From contig NC_058368.1 of the NCBI RefSeq assembly GCF_018350175.1, forward strand, positions 192,884,001-192,948,000: 64,000 nucleotides of DNA, in the 5' to 3' direction. Shown here piece by piece: positions 1 through 12,200 of this stretch (position 1 is the stretch's first letter; the number at the start of each line of letters is the position of its first letter). A model generated the notes under the pieces. The model was not told the DNA's origin. It did no database searches and worked only from the letters and a program-made list of their open reading frames with translations. Source of the stretch: Felis catus (lineage: Eukaryota). The translations under genes and the position numbers were made by a program.

Positions 1-2181
1 GGAGCAGATGAATGCTGAATCCCACAGCACCTAGCAGAGCTTATCATTGGGGAAACAGCTCCTTTCTGCTACTACCAGAAAGCAAAGGAGTTCCTTCAAA
101 GCAAGGATAATCCATCGGTACCCACCTCAAACACCACCACACCCCTTCACCCCTTCTTCCTCCTCTGCGTGATATTCCAGAGCAAAAGAAATAAACAAGA
201 ACTAGACCTTCCCAGATGAGCCTATCTGTCCATCTCAGTTAAGGGCTCTGAGCAGTGCCCAGCTGTTGCTCCCCTCTCTCTGCCCAAAAGGCTGCCTTAC
301 TCCATCAATTCCCTCTTGCACAAGTGAGTAATTTACTTTGAAAGCTCAGGCCAAACTGGCAGTTAACCTTGACCTTCTCTCTACACATCTGGGTCTATAG
401 AAAATGAAAATCAGGACGTCTCTGGCATCCACGGCAAATGAAATACGAGGGCTTTCTCCAGGCAGAGGCAGAATGTCAGGAGCTATTTTAGAACTGGCTA
501 CAGCCATTCCAAAGGAGAGTTAGTGCTCAGGCAGGGCACTCCCCCCTTGACCTGGGGCTGTGTCCAGTGTGGAGCCCCCACAGGAGGGATGCTAAAAGGG
601 ACCCCTGCCCTCAGGAAAGAAAAAAGACGTGGCCGTTGTACTCCTCACTGATTCACTGATGCTATCACAATGCTGGAGCTGGACCAATAACTACATTTCA
701 CAGATGGAGAAAAGGAGGCTCAGAGAGGGAGCTGAGAGGTGATCAAGGGCACACACAGCAAGTCAATGGTAGAGTTGAAGACAGAACCCTGACCTCCTGA
801 CCCTGATGCCAGTACAGGGAAGTGAAGAAAGACTTCATGAAGGAAACACCAATATGCACACAGAATTTAAGGGGAAGAGGTCTAATATGGCTGTCAGGGT
901 TTGAACCAGGGTGGTGAAAGAGTTGAGGAGCTTAATTTCCAAACAATAAGAGCTACCAAAGAGATGAAGGAGGCCCTCCAGGATGGTTTGCAACAATTAC
1001 CAGAGTGACAGGCTGTACTCAAACTGGTCATCCCGGTAGCAAGCAGCCCTCTGTGCTCAAGCAGCCTGATACTAGGAAGAGAAAGAAAAACATCAACCTC
1101 AAAAGTCAGTCTCTTCCCTTATCCTGCCAAGGATAAGTCAAGTTGGACAGTGATGGACAAATTATCCACCAAATTATGGGGCCAAGGAAATCCTGTAAGA
1201 AAACCTGAAATGTCCCACTGTGTGAAACAGTTCAAGCATGCAAACACTCACTGGCGCCTATCTACCCGGGAGCTGGGGAGGTAGGAGAGCTCTGACAGAG
1301 CTTCTGCTATCAGTCTATATGTACGTGTGACACAACAGACACACACGTGGGGGAGTTCAGAGGAAGCAAGAACAATTAAGGTCCTAGTCTTGTGCAAGAA
1401 ACAACACACCTAGTCAGATTGGACAAGTTCAAGAGGGATCATGTCCCATCTCCAAGAAGGGACAGGGAAGGCACCTGATGTTCCAACCTCAGGGCACCCA
1501 GGCACAAACACCTCTGGGAATTTGGGGAATCCATCCACCAGAATCCCCGCTTCTGGACTCTTGAGAAGGTCAAAGGCAGCAGGCCCCTCAAGAACCAGGA
1601 GTCTCCCCGCGCCCCATGCCCCGCACAGTGCATCCTCCAACAAATCCACAGATCTGGGAAAGAGGGAGGGTGAAAAGGGGGGAGGGTACACAAATGGGGA
1701 GAAGAGGGAGACCTGGTGTCCCACTGAGCAGGGAACACAGAGACCAGCAGGTGAGGGAAAAAGCGGAAAAGACCTGGACGCTAAACAGAAGGACTGGCAG
1801 CTCCTGAAGAAGTAGTCATCTTGGGATACAGGGGTACAGACAGGACCTTCCAAAAGCAAGAGCTGCTGAAAGAGGTAAGGGGATACCAGACATGAAAGGA
1901 AAGGAGAATGGTAACCTACAGTAAGAAACACACCTTCAGACTGAGCAACAGGAGTCTCAGTCTCTAGTTCTGGTTCTGCCTCCGACTGACGTGGGGTCCC
2001 TGGACAAGTTCCCGTCTTTCTCTGGGCCTCAATTTTCCCAATCCCCAAAATGGGAAGAACAGAAGAGTCTCCGGCGGTAACACGGAGAAGGCAGAAAGGG
2101 AAAGGTGGAGGAAGGAAGCGAAGGCTACAAGTGAATACGAGGAGAAAGGGTTCCCACCCCCACAGCAACTGGGGGACTCAC
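1..2181 (-). other. GALNT10: 5' part of GALNT10 intron 1, starting at the GTGAGT donor
   Basis: Downstream of the exon 1 donor on the minus strand. No further recognisable GALNT10 coding sequence. Contains MIR-like relics (~680-810, ~1950-2060). Confidence 0.88.
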
Positions 2182-3660
2182 CAGTCCGGCCGCCGGGACC
2201 ACCGCCGCCCCCGATCCTCCGGGGGTGCCGTCGGGCTGCCGCTCACGGTACAGCGCCCAGAGCCCCACGTTGGGCAGAAGGACCAGGGCCGCCAGCACCA
2301 GCGCCACCGCCTGCAGAAGCCGCTTCTCCTTCCGCCTCATCGGGGCCGGTCAGCCCCGCCGCGCCCCGCCGGCCCGGCCGCGCGGCCCCCGGCTCCGCGC
2401 GTCCGCCCGTCCGCCCGGCGGCGGCAGCAGCTCGGCGAGGAGAAGCTGCCGCGGCGCCGGCCCCGCTCCAACTCCGCGGCACTTCCGCCGCTCGCCGGCC
2501 GGGGAGCCGGCCTCTACCACCGCCCCGCCGCCGCAGGGGGGGGTGTCGCCGCCGCCGCCGCCCCCGAGCCCGCCCAGCCGCGCGCTCAGCGCCGCTCCTC
2601 TCCCGCTCGGCCGCCGAACGCTGTGCGCCGCGGGCCCCGACCTTCTCGCGACTTTTTCCGATCCGTCCGGGAGCGGCGGAGCCCCCGGGACCGAGCGCTT
2701 CCCCCTCTCGGGCTGCAATGGTGCGGCCCGCTCCTTGGCGGCTGCCCCGCCCGCGGCAGCTTTGCGAAAGTCGGGGAGTTGGCGAGTTGGGCGCTAACTG
2801 GTGCGGGCTGGGCGAAGGTGCGTGTTCGCGCGCTGGGACGCGCGGGAGACCTCCCGCAAGCTGTGCCCGCAAGCTCTGCCCCGTACTCCCCGAGAATTTA
2901 CGAGCTCTCTGGGGGGGGATGCAAACGGTGCTGGAGCCCTGCGGGACGCTCCGGGCTGTGACTGCCCACCCCCCCCTCGGCTCCGCTCCGAGGACCAACT
3001 TTGTCCCGGGGACTCAGTAGTCCTAGGCGTGAAATGGAGCCACAGCTGTGCTCGGCGCGCGCGGATCCGCGGCCGGGCCCTAGTTTTCTTCCTCTCCGAG
3101 TTCCGGCGTTAGTTGTGAACGCCCTCTGTGAACTGTGGAGGGCTGCGCCCGCCTGCCACCCGTGTGCTGTCCCTGCAGAGCGGCGGGAGAGGGAGACCAA
3201 CCTCCATGGAGTTGGAATGCCCGCCGGTCCCACGAATACTTCTGGTTGCTTAGCTCACGGAGCCCTTTCTCGAAAACTCTTGTCGATTTCTATCTCCCGC
3301 GCAGCTACTCAGCTAACCATTAGTGAATGCCTACTATGTGCCAGACACTATGCCGGGCACCGTTATGAAATGAAAACAGACTCAAGCTCTGTGGTCTGGG
3401 AGCTGAAACAGTAAACGCATAATCGCATTAGGCGGGGGAGTGTGCCCATAACCATGATGAGGGCTCTGAGGAAGTCGGCCGCCTGGGCGCGGGGAAGGGC
3501 TGCGGAGCTGGCTCCGACGGTGATGCCTGTCTGTGGCTCCTCTGTGCTCTCCACTTAATTGCTTCCTCTCTGACGTCGAGGAATGAAGCGCCTCTCCCTG
3601 CCTTCCTCTTTGCCGGCCCCGCCTGCGCCCTCTTGATTCTTCGGGTCTCCAGCCCAACCG
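2060..3660. promoter_or_regulatory. GALNT10: CpG island / TATA-less promoter and 5'UTR of GALNT10
   Basis: Very high GC and CpG density, peaking at 2180-3120. GC boxes (gccccgcc at ~2353, ~2363, ~2522, ~2743), ETS/GABP core acttccg at 2481-2487, TCTCGCGA at 2644-2651. The exact TSS cannot be read from sequence. Confidence 0.9.
2182..2340 (-). CDS. GALNT10: GALNT10 coding exon 1 (53 codons): cytoplasmic tail, signal-anchor TM helix and start of stem of polypeptide GalNAc-transferase 10
   Basis: Translation MRRKEKRLLQAVALVLAALVLLPNVGLWALYRERQPDGTPGGSGAAVVPAAGL matches the N-terminus I recognise for mammalian GALNT10. ATG at 2340-2338. Canonical donor CTG|GTGAGT follows (actcac at 2176-2181 on +), giving 159 nt, phase 0. 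The rest of the gene lies left of the window. Confidence 0.96.
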
Positions 3661-3905
3661 CTGACTTCCATGCTTAGCCATCTCCAGCCTTGGACCACCG
3701 ACCTCCCATTGCTTCCAGCTCCAGGCTGAAATCACAGCTTGGCTCTGGACATCTGCTACAAAACCTTCAAAACCCCCATCACTTAGGCTCCAGCGTTCAT
3801 CCTCCTTGCCGAGACCTGCTGGGGCTGATCAAACATTATAATGTCCTCTGCCCTGTCATGTTGCTGTTTTCCTTTATGTGCTGTTGGTGAGGTTCCTTCC
3901 ACCCT

Positions 3906-4105
3906 GACAGCTGGGAACCTGCTTGGGATTCTGTCTTTTCCTCTCTCTGCCCCTCCCCTACTCGCTGTTTTTAATATTTTAATGTTTATTTATGGGGTTA
4001 GGGAGTTCAGCACAGAGCCTGACACCGGGCTCGAACTCATGAAGGGTGAGATCATGACCTAAGCCAAAGTTGGAGGCTTAACCGCCTGAGCCACCCAGGT
4101 GCCCC
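3906..4105. mobile_element. Two truncated Can-SINE pieces, tail to tail (+ 3' fragment ~3906-3966; - copy ~3967-4105)
   Basis: cctgcttgggattctgtc...ctctctctgcccctcccc on +, then the reverse-complement head ...tgagccacccaggtgcccc. Confidence 0.75.
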
Positions 4106-4671
4106 TATGTTGGTGGAATTCTTGTCCATGTCTAGTTGAACTGCTGCGTCCTCCATGAATTCCTCCAAATCTCAGAGGGCTGCAGTCTTTCTCTAAACTT
4201 CTGTCACAGTAATGCTTACCTTTTATTAAGGGCTTACTCTGTGCCAGGCATCATGTTAAACCCTCGACACACATTACCTGTTTTAATGCTCACAGTTAGC
4301 TACCCTGTGAAAAAGTGCTTTTCTTACCCTCCTTTGCAAATGAGACTCCTTGAAGAAAGCGGAAACCAGAATGAGGCTGTTTTAACAAAGGTTAGATAGC
4401 ATCACCCCTCTGCTCAGATCCCTCCAGGGGTTTCCCATCTCCTACTGGACTCCTACAAGAAGCTACAAGATCCCCCAAGGCTGTAGATAAATAGCCCTCA
4501 CCTTTTCTTTCTTCATTGTGTCCAGCCCTTTTGCCTTCTTGCTGTTCATTAGAGCACACGAGGTCCTTTCTTGCCTCCTGGCCTTTGCCACTTGCCACTT
4601 GCTGTTACCTCTGCCTAGAAGGTCCACTCTTCTCTCCCTAGATCTTAGCTCTATACCTTAAAAAATGTTTT

Positions 4672-4883
4672 GGGGGGAAGCGCCTGGGTGACTCAGTCAG
4701 TTAAGAGTCTGACTCTTGATCTTGGCTCAGGTCATTCATTATCTCATGGTTTGTGGGTTTGAGCCCCACTACGGGCTCTGTGCTGACAGCTTGGAACCTG
4801 CTTGGGACTCTGTCTCTTCCTCTCTCTGCCCCTCCCCTGCTCGCTCTCTATGTCTCTCTCAAAATAAATAAACTTAAAAAAAA
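4672..4883 (+). mobile_element. Can-SINE (tRNA-derived, feliform type)
   Basis: gcgcctgggtgactcagtcagttaag head, CT-rich region, aaaataaataaac and A tail. Confidence 0.9.
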
Positions 4884-6700
4884 ATTTTTTTAATTATTTT
4901 AGTGGTAAAATATACATAATATAAAACTTACCATTTTAACCGTTCAATGGCATTAAGTACATTCACATTGTTGTACAATTATCGCTATCCATCTCCAGAA
5001 CTTTTTCATCATCTCAGACTGAAACTCTGTACCCATTAAACACTAACACCCCATTTCCCTTCCTCTCAACCCCTGGTAACAACCACCATTCTACTTTCTG
5101 TCTTTATGAGTTTAACTACATACTTCATACAAGTGGAATCATGCAATATTTGTACTTTTGCGTTTGGCTTCTTTCACTTAGCATAATGTTTTCGATGTCC
5201 ATCCATGTTGTTGCATGTATCAGAATTCCATTGCTTTTAGTGTGGCGAACTAATCTTTGACAAAGCAGGAAAGAATATCCAATGGAAAAAAGACAGACTC
5301 TTTAACAAATGGTGCTGGGAGAACTGGACAGCAACATGCAAAGGGATGAAACTAGACCACTTTCTTACACCATTCACAAAAATAAACTCAAAATGGATAA
5401 AGGACCTGAATGTGAGACAGGAAACCATCAAAACCCTAGAGGAGAAAGCAAGAAGAAACCTCTCTGACCTCAGCCGCAGCAATTTCTTACTTGACACATC
5501 TCCAAAGGCAAGGGAATTAAAAGCAAAAATGAACTATTGGGACCTCATGAAGATAAAAAGCTTCTGCACTGCAAAGGAAACAATCAAGAAAACTAAAAGG
5601 CAACCAACGGAATGGGAAAAGATATTTGCAAATGACATATCGGACAAAGGGCTAGCATCCAAAATCTATGAAGAACTCACCAAACTCCACACCTGAAAAA
5701 CAAATAATCCAGTGAAGAAATGGGCAGAAAACATGAATAGACACTTTTCCAAAGAAGACATCCAGATGGCCAACAGGCACATGAAAAGATGCTCAACGTT
5801 GCTCCTCATCAGGGAAATACAAATCAAAACCACACTCAGATACCACCTTACACCAGTCAGAGTGGCTAAAATAAACAAATCAGGAGACTATAGATGCTGG
5901 AGAGGATGTGGAGAAACAGGAACCCTCTTGCACTATTGGTGGGAATGCAAACTGGTGCAGCTGCTCTGGAAAACAGTGTGGAGATTCCTCAGAAAATTAA
6001 AAATAGATCTACCCTATGACCCAGCAATAGCACTGCTAGGAATTTACCCAAGGGATACAGGAGTGCTGATGCATAGGGACACTTGTACCCCAATGTATAT
6101 AGCAGCACTTTCAACAATAGCCAAATTATGGTAAGAGCCCAAGTGTCCATCAACGGATGAATGGATAAAGAAATTGTGGTTTATATACACAATGGAATAC
6201 TACGTGGCAATGAGAAAGAATGAAATCTGGCCTTTTGTAGCAACATGGATGGAACTGGAGAGTGTTATCTAAGTGAAATAAGTCATACAGAGAAAGACAG
6301 ATACCATATGTTTTCACTCCTATGTGGATCCTGAGAAACTTAACAGAAGACCATGGGGGAGGGGAAGAAAAAAAAAAAGGTTAGAGAGGAAGGGAGCCAA
6401 AACATAAGAGACTCTTAAAAAGTGAGAACAAACTGAGGGTTGATGGGGGGTGGAAGGGCGGGGAGGGTGGGTGATGGGTATTGAGGAGGGCACCTGTTGG
6501 GATGAGCACTGGGTGTTTTATGGAAACCAATTTGACAATAAACTTCATATTAAAAAAAGAATTCCATTGCTTTTGAAGATATAGTGATATTCCATTGTAT
6601 GTATATACCACACTTTGTCTATCCATTCACCCACGGATGGAAGTTTGGATTATTTCCACCTTTTGGCTATCCTTAACAATGCTGCTATGAACAGCCCTAT
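4884..6700 (-). mobile_element. Old L1M (L1MA/L1MB-like) 3' end, split by a younger L1
   Basis: Typical gtggtaaaatatacataa...ggcattaagtacattcacattgttg...gtggaatcatgcaatatttg sequence, resuming after 6574 with attccattgtatgtatataccacac. Confidence 0.75.
5239..6557 (+). mobile_element. 5'-truncated feline LINE-1 (L1_Fc-like): ORF2 C-terminus, 3'UTR and polyA
   Basis: ORFs 5346-5696 and 5712-6134 encode the L1 ORF2p C-terminal region ([18 protein letters not shown]). G-rich 3'UTR, AATAAA 6537-6542. Perfect 17-bp TSD agaattccattgctttt at 5222-5238 and 6558-6574. Confidence 0.95.
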
Positions 6701-7294
6701 GTTTTTTATACTGCAGTTGATAACACAGTATTTATGTAATTGAATTTCCATGTCTCTGACAAAAGTGGAAGTTCCTGAGTTGAAGATAATGTTGCAAAAT
6801 TCTTTTATGTGCTTTCCCAGCAGAAGCACAATGCTAGAAACAGAGTAGCGAGAGTGATCCTTTTACAAACATGAGGCTCACTTTGCTCCTGGGAACTTGC
6901 CTGGGACTTCCCATTTGTTAGAATAATCTCTGAGAATCCTTAACACAGTCCATGAGGCTCTAACCGATCTGACCCGATTTCCAGACTTCATTCTCTCTCC
7001 TTCCCTTCCAGTCACACTGGTCTTCTCGCTGTATTCCTCAAATGCACCAAGTTGATGATGGCCTCTGGGCTTTTGCAAATTTGCTGTGCTGTTGTCTAGA
7101 AATCTCTTCCTCTAAACCTTTGCTTGGTTCTCTCAGGAACCAGACCAAATGTTCTGCCTTGGAGAAACCCTCCCTGACCAGCTGATCTAAAATATCAAAG
7201 AGCACCCCATGTCTATTTGCTTTATGTTTCTTTAGAACAGGTATCATTTTTGGTTTCCTCCTCTAGAATATGAGCTCCAACCAAAGAGGAACTT

Positions 7295-7397
7295 TATATA
7301 TATAGACATAGATAGATATAGATATATAGATATAGATATAGATATAGATATAGATATAAATATAGATATAGATGATATAGATATAGATAGATATAGA
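7295..7397. repeat. (ATATAG)n / (ATAG)n microsatellite
   Basis: Direct reading. Confidence 0.95.
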
Positions 7398-8709
7398 GTT
7401 GTCCTTTACAGTATGTCCTGCCTCTGCTAGCACATACTTCTCCTTTGGGGGGAATCAAGAAACTGGTACTCCTTCCAAGCAGAGGTATCTACAAAAAGAG
7501 TACCCCCCCCCCCCTTCCTTGAGCCAAAGCAGCAGGAGCTGAACCAGGGCACATGGATTTCAGCTCATACTCCTGCTCAGAGCAGACAAAACCAAGCTGT
7601 TCCCAGGCCTGGAACACAATAGGTGCTCAATAATTACAGGATGAGTGAAGTATAGCAGCTGAGGTCATGTACTGGAAAATCTTCAGTGTCTCTCCTCCCC
7701 ACCCCTTCTTCCAGCTCCCTAGAGGAGTCTGTACAAAATTGGATTTGAGCTTTTTCTTGTGTCTTACTGAGTGACTTCTTGATCAAAGCTGCACGCCAGC
7801 TCGGTCAGCCTTCAATGGAAACTCTAACCCATGAACCCAGCTTTAATCCCAGGCTTCTTTGATCACCCTCTACAACGTAGGATGCTGAGGGGAGCTCCTG
7901 GGGCTTTATCCCACTCACTAAGATGATACCATTTGAGACATGTGGGCAGCCTATTACCTCTGGCTGTTTTTCTGGGAAATCTGATCTGGTCACTGAATAA
8001 AACTGAACAAGATATGTTACTCTCAGACTGACCTATCCTAGGCCCATTATGGGCATTACGTGAGATAATGTGCATAAAGGGCTTACTCCAGATGCTGGTG
8101 TGATGAAACTAGTAACTGACTGAAATAAAAGTCCAGCACCACTAGGAACACTGAGGAGGGATGAACAGGATTTCAGCTGCAGGGCAGGAATTTTCACCAG
8201 TGGCCTGGGGCCTCCCCAATCTCATCTCCTATCACTTTTCTGTCACTCACTCCAAATCAGCCACACCCACCTCATTCCCGGTTCTGACCCTACTCCACTC
8301 AATCCAGCCCCAAGGCCTTTGAATTAGCCCCTGTCTCTGCAGGAACGCTGATTCCCTGATCTTCCTCCATTGTTCCACCCTCTCATCCTTCAGATCTTAG
8401 GTTAAAGTCACTTCCTCACAGAGACCCTCCCTGCCCACCCACCTGAAATACTGTTACAATGCTTTACATCTTGTTATGTGTTCTTCATAGTGCATATCCC
8501 TCTTAGCCACAATCTTATTTATTTGCTTATTTACTTGTTTATAATTGAGTTCTTCCGGATAGAATGTCAGTTGCATGGAGCAGAGACCTTGTCGGCACAT
8601 TCCCTGCTATATCCCCCAATACTGCAACAACATACCTGACACACAGAAAGGATTTAATATCAACATTTGATGAACGGTATCTCCTCTCTTGCCCCATCTT
8701 CTCATCTTT

Positions 8710-8810
8710 TCTTTCCTTCCTTCCTTCCTTCCTTCCTTCCTTCCTTCCTTCCTTCCTTCCTTTTGTCCTCCTTCTTCTCCTTTTCCTTCCCCTCCTCCTC
8801 CTTCTTCTTC
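8710..8810. repeat. (CCTT)n and pyrimidine-rich tract at the tail of a minus-strand SINE
   Basis: Direct reading. Confidence 0.95.
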
Positions 8811-8811
8811 A

Positions 8812-9011
8812 TTTTGTTTATTTGTTTTGAGAGAGAGAGAGCATGCATGCATGAGCATGAGCAGGGGAGGGGTAGAGAGAGAGGGAGAGAGAAAACCCCA
8901 AGCAGGCTCAGCACTGTCAGTGTGGAGCCTGATCTGGGGCTCCATCTCATGAACTGTGTGAGCCAAAATCAAGACTCCGATGCTTAACCAACTGAGCCAG
9001 CCTGGCATCCC
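8812..9011 (-). mobile_element. Can-SINE
   Basis: tgtttatttgttttgagagaga...cttaaccaactgagccagcctggcatccc. Confidence 0.88.
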
Positions 9012-10882
9012 TTGTCTTTTTTTACAATGAGCTGCTTGTTCTCTTGTTTACTTTTCTGTTTTCCATCCTGTCATCAGTCACAGGCAGATCTTTCGGGGTC
9101 CCCTGAGACATACTTCAGCAAGAATGGTCAACCAGAAGAGAAATGATAGAGGCGGGCCCTCATCCTTCCTGTTGAAGATAATGAAAACCTTTTTTTACTA
9201 GATGTCTTCACCTTGGCTTTCTTAGGGTCCTTTGTTGCTGACCCATTTGTCCAGGGTTATCCCCTCAGGCCGGCCTGGTCTAGGCCTGAGCTGAGGGGGT
9301 GTGAAAATGGAACAGAGCGGCAAGCCAGGGGACGTTGGTCTGCAACTCAGTGTACCTCAAATACTCTTTAACCTTGGCCACATCCTTTAGATGTTCTGAG
9401 TCTCAATTTCCTCATCTGAAATGGGGATAACTAGGACTCTCTAATGATACAATTTCCAAGCTGGCAGGACAGAAATCTGCTTGACCCTAAGCAAAACCTA
9501 AGAAGCTCTGGGTATTGGACTTCTGTGCCTTCTTGGTCTTTCTCTCCTTGGAGATCATCAAGATCAGTATGTTCTTGAAGCAGCCTGCCTACCTTTCTTT
9601 ATGGACTAAGCTCCCCATTCGTGTAACTTCTTAGCAATGCCTGTCCTTAACAGTCACAACGTTTATGGCTCCTGGGTGATTGTCCTCCACTAGACTGTAA
9701 GCCCCTTGAGGACAGGGGCTTACATCATGCATAGATGTTGTTTGTTGGTTGGTTGGTTGGTTTTGCTCCCCAGGATACTCTTATTGTCTAGTATAGTACC
9801 TGGCCCAAACAGGTTCTCAGCAAACACTTGGGAAATAAATGAATGAATCAATTAATCAATCAAACATCCAGCTCTTTAAAACCTGCACTCAGGAAACTCA
9901 TTAACACAGGGGTCAATGACCCAAATTGCTATCTCTACCGGATTGATCATTTAACAAGGCTCAAACTTCTAATATAGAGGAAGAGAACAAAAGTCCTGGA
10001 GCTGAAATTTCTCCAGCTGGCTCCCAGCCTGGATCAGTCCAGACTTTGCTCTTAACTTCCTGTGTGGCTCAGACAGGCTACTCAAATTCTCCGAGCATCA
10101 GGCTTATTATGTATGGGCCCATGAATGTATGTGATAGCAGGAATTAAAGAGGTCTAGATAAATATAGAATATGGTTGCATTAAATACAGCCATCCAACCA
10201 GATGCCCTTTGAGGTCTTTTTAAATTCTAAAATTCGGGGACTCAATCTCACAAGGTAGGGTGGGAGAAGGGGAGCCAGACATGGAACACCAGCTCAGGTG
10301 GTTCAGTCCAGAGTGTGCATTTAGTGGCATTTCAGCTCTAGTTTGAATAAAAAGAAAGAGTTTGCAGGATGCCTATTTGAAATGACCTCTAGACAGAAAA
10401 TTGTCTGTCTCTCTCTTGGAGTCTACTTTGTCATTTCCACAATGAGATGCCAATTAAGCCAGTCCTGCCAACTATAAAGGAATGCTGCTGAATCAAGGCA
10501 GCACATGTGGAAGGGGCTTCAGGTAGGATACATTTTGAAAGAGCAAACAGAGAATGCCATAAATCTCAAAAAGTAAATCTACTACGTCACGAGGTGGGTA
10601 CATCTCAAACAGAGCATTAGTCGGCAGTGTCAGACGCAAATATCAGGTATATAGGGAGCCATCCTCCTCCTGGAACTGCCACTAAAATAAATATTAGGGC
10701 TTGGGAAATGAGAGTGCTTCCTGTTCAATCACTTTTCATTTTTGCACAAAGGGGAAACGTTGTCTAAAAACACAAACGGAGAGGTGGTGGGGTGCAGGAG
10801 AAAGGGGCTTCTTAGGAGTCTGAGACTCTTGGCTCCCATCTGTGCACACCTCTGTACCATGAAGGGTGGAGTACTCTATGGC

Positions 10883-11044
10883 CCAGTGACCTCAACCTTG
10901 GCGATGCATAGAATCACCAGGGGACCTTTTAAAATTCCAGATGCTTGTCCTGCATCCCAGACAAATTAAGTCAGAGCCTCCGGGGGTAGGATTCAGCCAT
11001 CCCCGGGTGATTTCAGTCTGCAGTCCAGTTTGAAAGAACCATTG
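10883..11044. mobile_element. MER5-like hAT-Charlie DNA transposon relic
   Basis: cagtgacctcaaccttggc...tagaatcaccagggga...ccccgggtgatt...tttgaaagaaccattg pattern. Confidence 0.7.
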
Positions 11045-11115
11045 CTTAAAGGCTTCCAGGGCTCTAAAACCCTCCTAGGGTTTCTTTTTGTCCAGGCAAC
11101 AGGTCACCTGATGTT

Positions 11116-11129
11116 CCACTAGGTGGCAC
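11116..11129 (+). promoter_or_regulatory. Candidate CTCF site
   Basis: CCACTAGGTGGCAC is an exact match to the core CCASYAGRKGGCRS. Confidence 0.55.
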
Positions 11130-11469
11130 CTTCCAGCAAACTTCAGTGGGTCCAGAGAGGTCTCGGGTAGGTCTAACTGCAAAGAAAGAATTCAGAAAAC
11201 AATGCTTGTGCTCCTTACTGGCTGTGGGGGAGGGGAGGGGGTTCTGCACTGTTGATGAGCGGGATGAATTTGTTGGTAAACAACTTTCTGGTGAGTGTTG
11301 GAACCAAAGAATATTACAATGCATCTCTGCTAGGAAACAGGTCCAGAGAGGGGACAGCTTCATCCCTTAAGGGCTGGGTTCACCATTCTCCAGTGAACTC
11401 TGGTGTCTCACCCCCAATATGTCCAGCAACAACAAAAAAAAAACCCGTCAAAAGTCTTCAACAAGCCCT

Positions 11470-12200
11470 GTTATGGGCAGTAGTGGACATCTGTTATTTT
11501 TATCTGGTTAGTTGACACCACCCTGATTTTCCTTGAGGATTTACTTTCCCCTATCTCAGCTGGGAGGTTAGATCAGAGCGGACTTCACCCTTAGCTTCTG
11601 GTTTAACCAATCAGAGCACGCTATTCCTTTCCGCTCTAGTGATTGGTCCAAGGATGGATACCTGACTTACCTAAGGCACATTAGAACAATTGCCTTCTGT
11701 GGTTCTTACGCAGAGGCTATCAGGAAGTAGTAGCCACTTGCGGACTGGCTTTAGGCCCCACCGTGACGAAGGTACTGGACGTCTTAACCTGTGTCCTCCG
11801 AGCTTCTCCTGCCCCAGAGCCGGCTATATACAATACGTCAATGGGCTTCCTTGCTCACTGGTTCCCTGTTGGGGTTAGAGCTTAGACAGCCAGGGCAGGA
11901 TTTCAGAGGGAGAGAGAAGAACTAAATCAGATGTTTCTTTTCCCAACTTCCTTAATGGGATATAAGGGCTGGATGTGTCTGCACTAAAGGCCACACAGCT
12001 CTGGTCAGGCAGGCCTCCCTCCCTGGATTCAGTCAGCTGCACCTGCCCTCCCCCTTCAGGACTAAGGCTGGACAGCACCTATTGTTGCTTACCCCAGGGT
12101 ACTGCACTCTCCCTGGTGGTTCTCCTGTCCTATTGTCCTCGCATTAAACTCTCCTCACGTTTCCTGGTGTGTGAGAGCCAGAGACCCTGACTGAATCAGG
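11470..12200. mobile_element. Old ERVL-type LTR relic(s), LTR16/LTR33-like
   Basis: aaccaatcagagc...gtgattggtcc motifs and a 3' end attaaactctcctca...cctgactgaatca. Subfamily uncertain. Confidence 0.45.

Noticed and set aside
1410..2168. 252-aa minus-strand ORF and 124-aa plus-strand ORF in intron 1
   Set aside because: No recognisable homology; crosses a MIR relic; composition reflects purine/pyrimidine strand bias
2125..2181. C-terminal extension VSPPVAVGVGTLSPRIHL of the 71-aa ORF
   Set aside because: Read-through past the canonical GTGAGT donor into intron 1
2050..3414. Long overlapping ORFs on both strands (303, 251, 190, 137 aa etc.)
   Set aside because: Arg/Pro/Gly/Ala-rich translations expected from stop-poor CpG-island DNA. 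No recognisable domains, and several use non-ATG starts.
8564..9008. ORFs with FLPS or EGRK repeats (also at 30154-30505) and VC/TH repeats (47090, 52367, 63210)
   Set aside because: Translations of (CCTT)n and (GT)n microsatellites and SINEs
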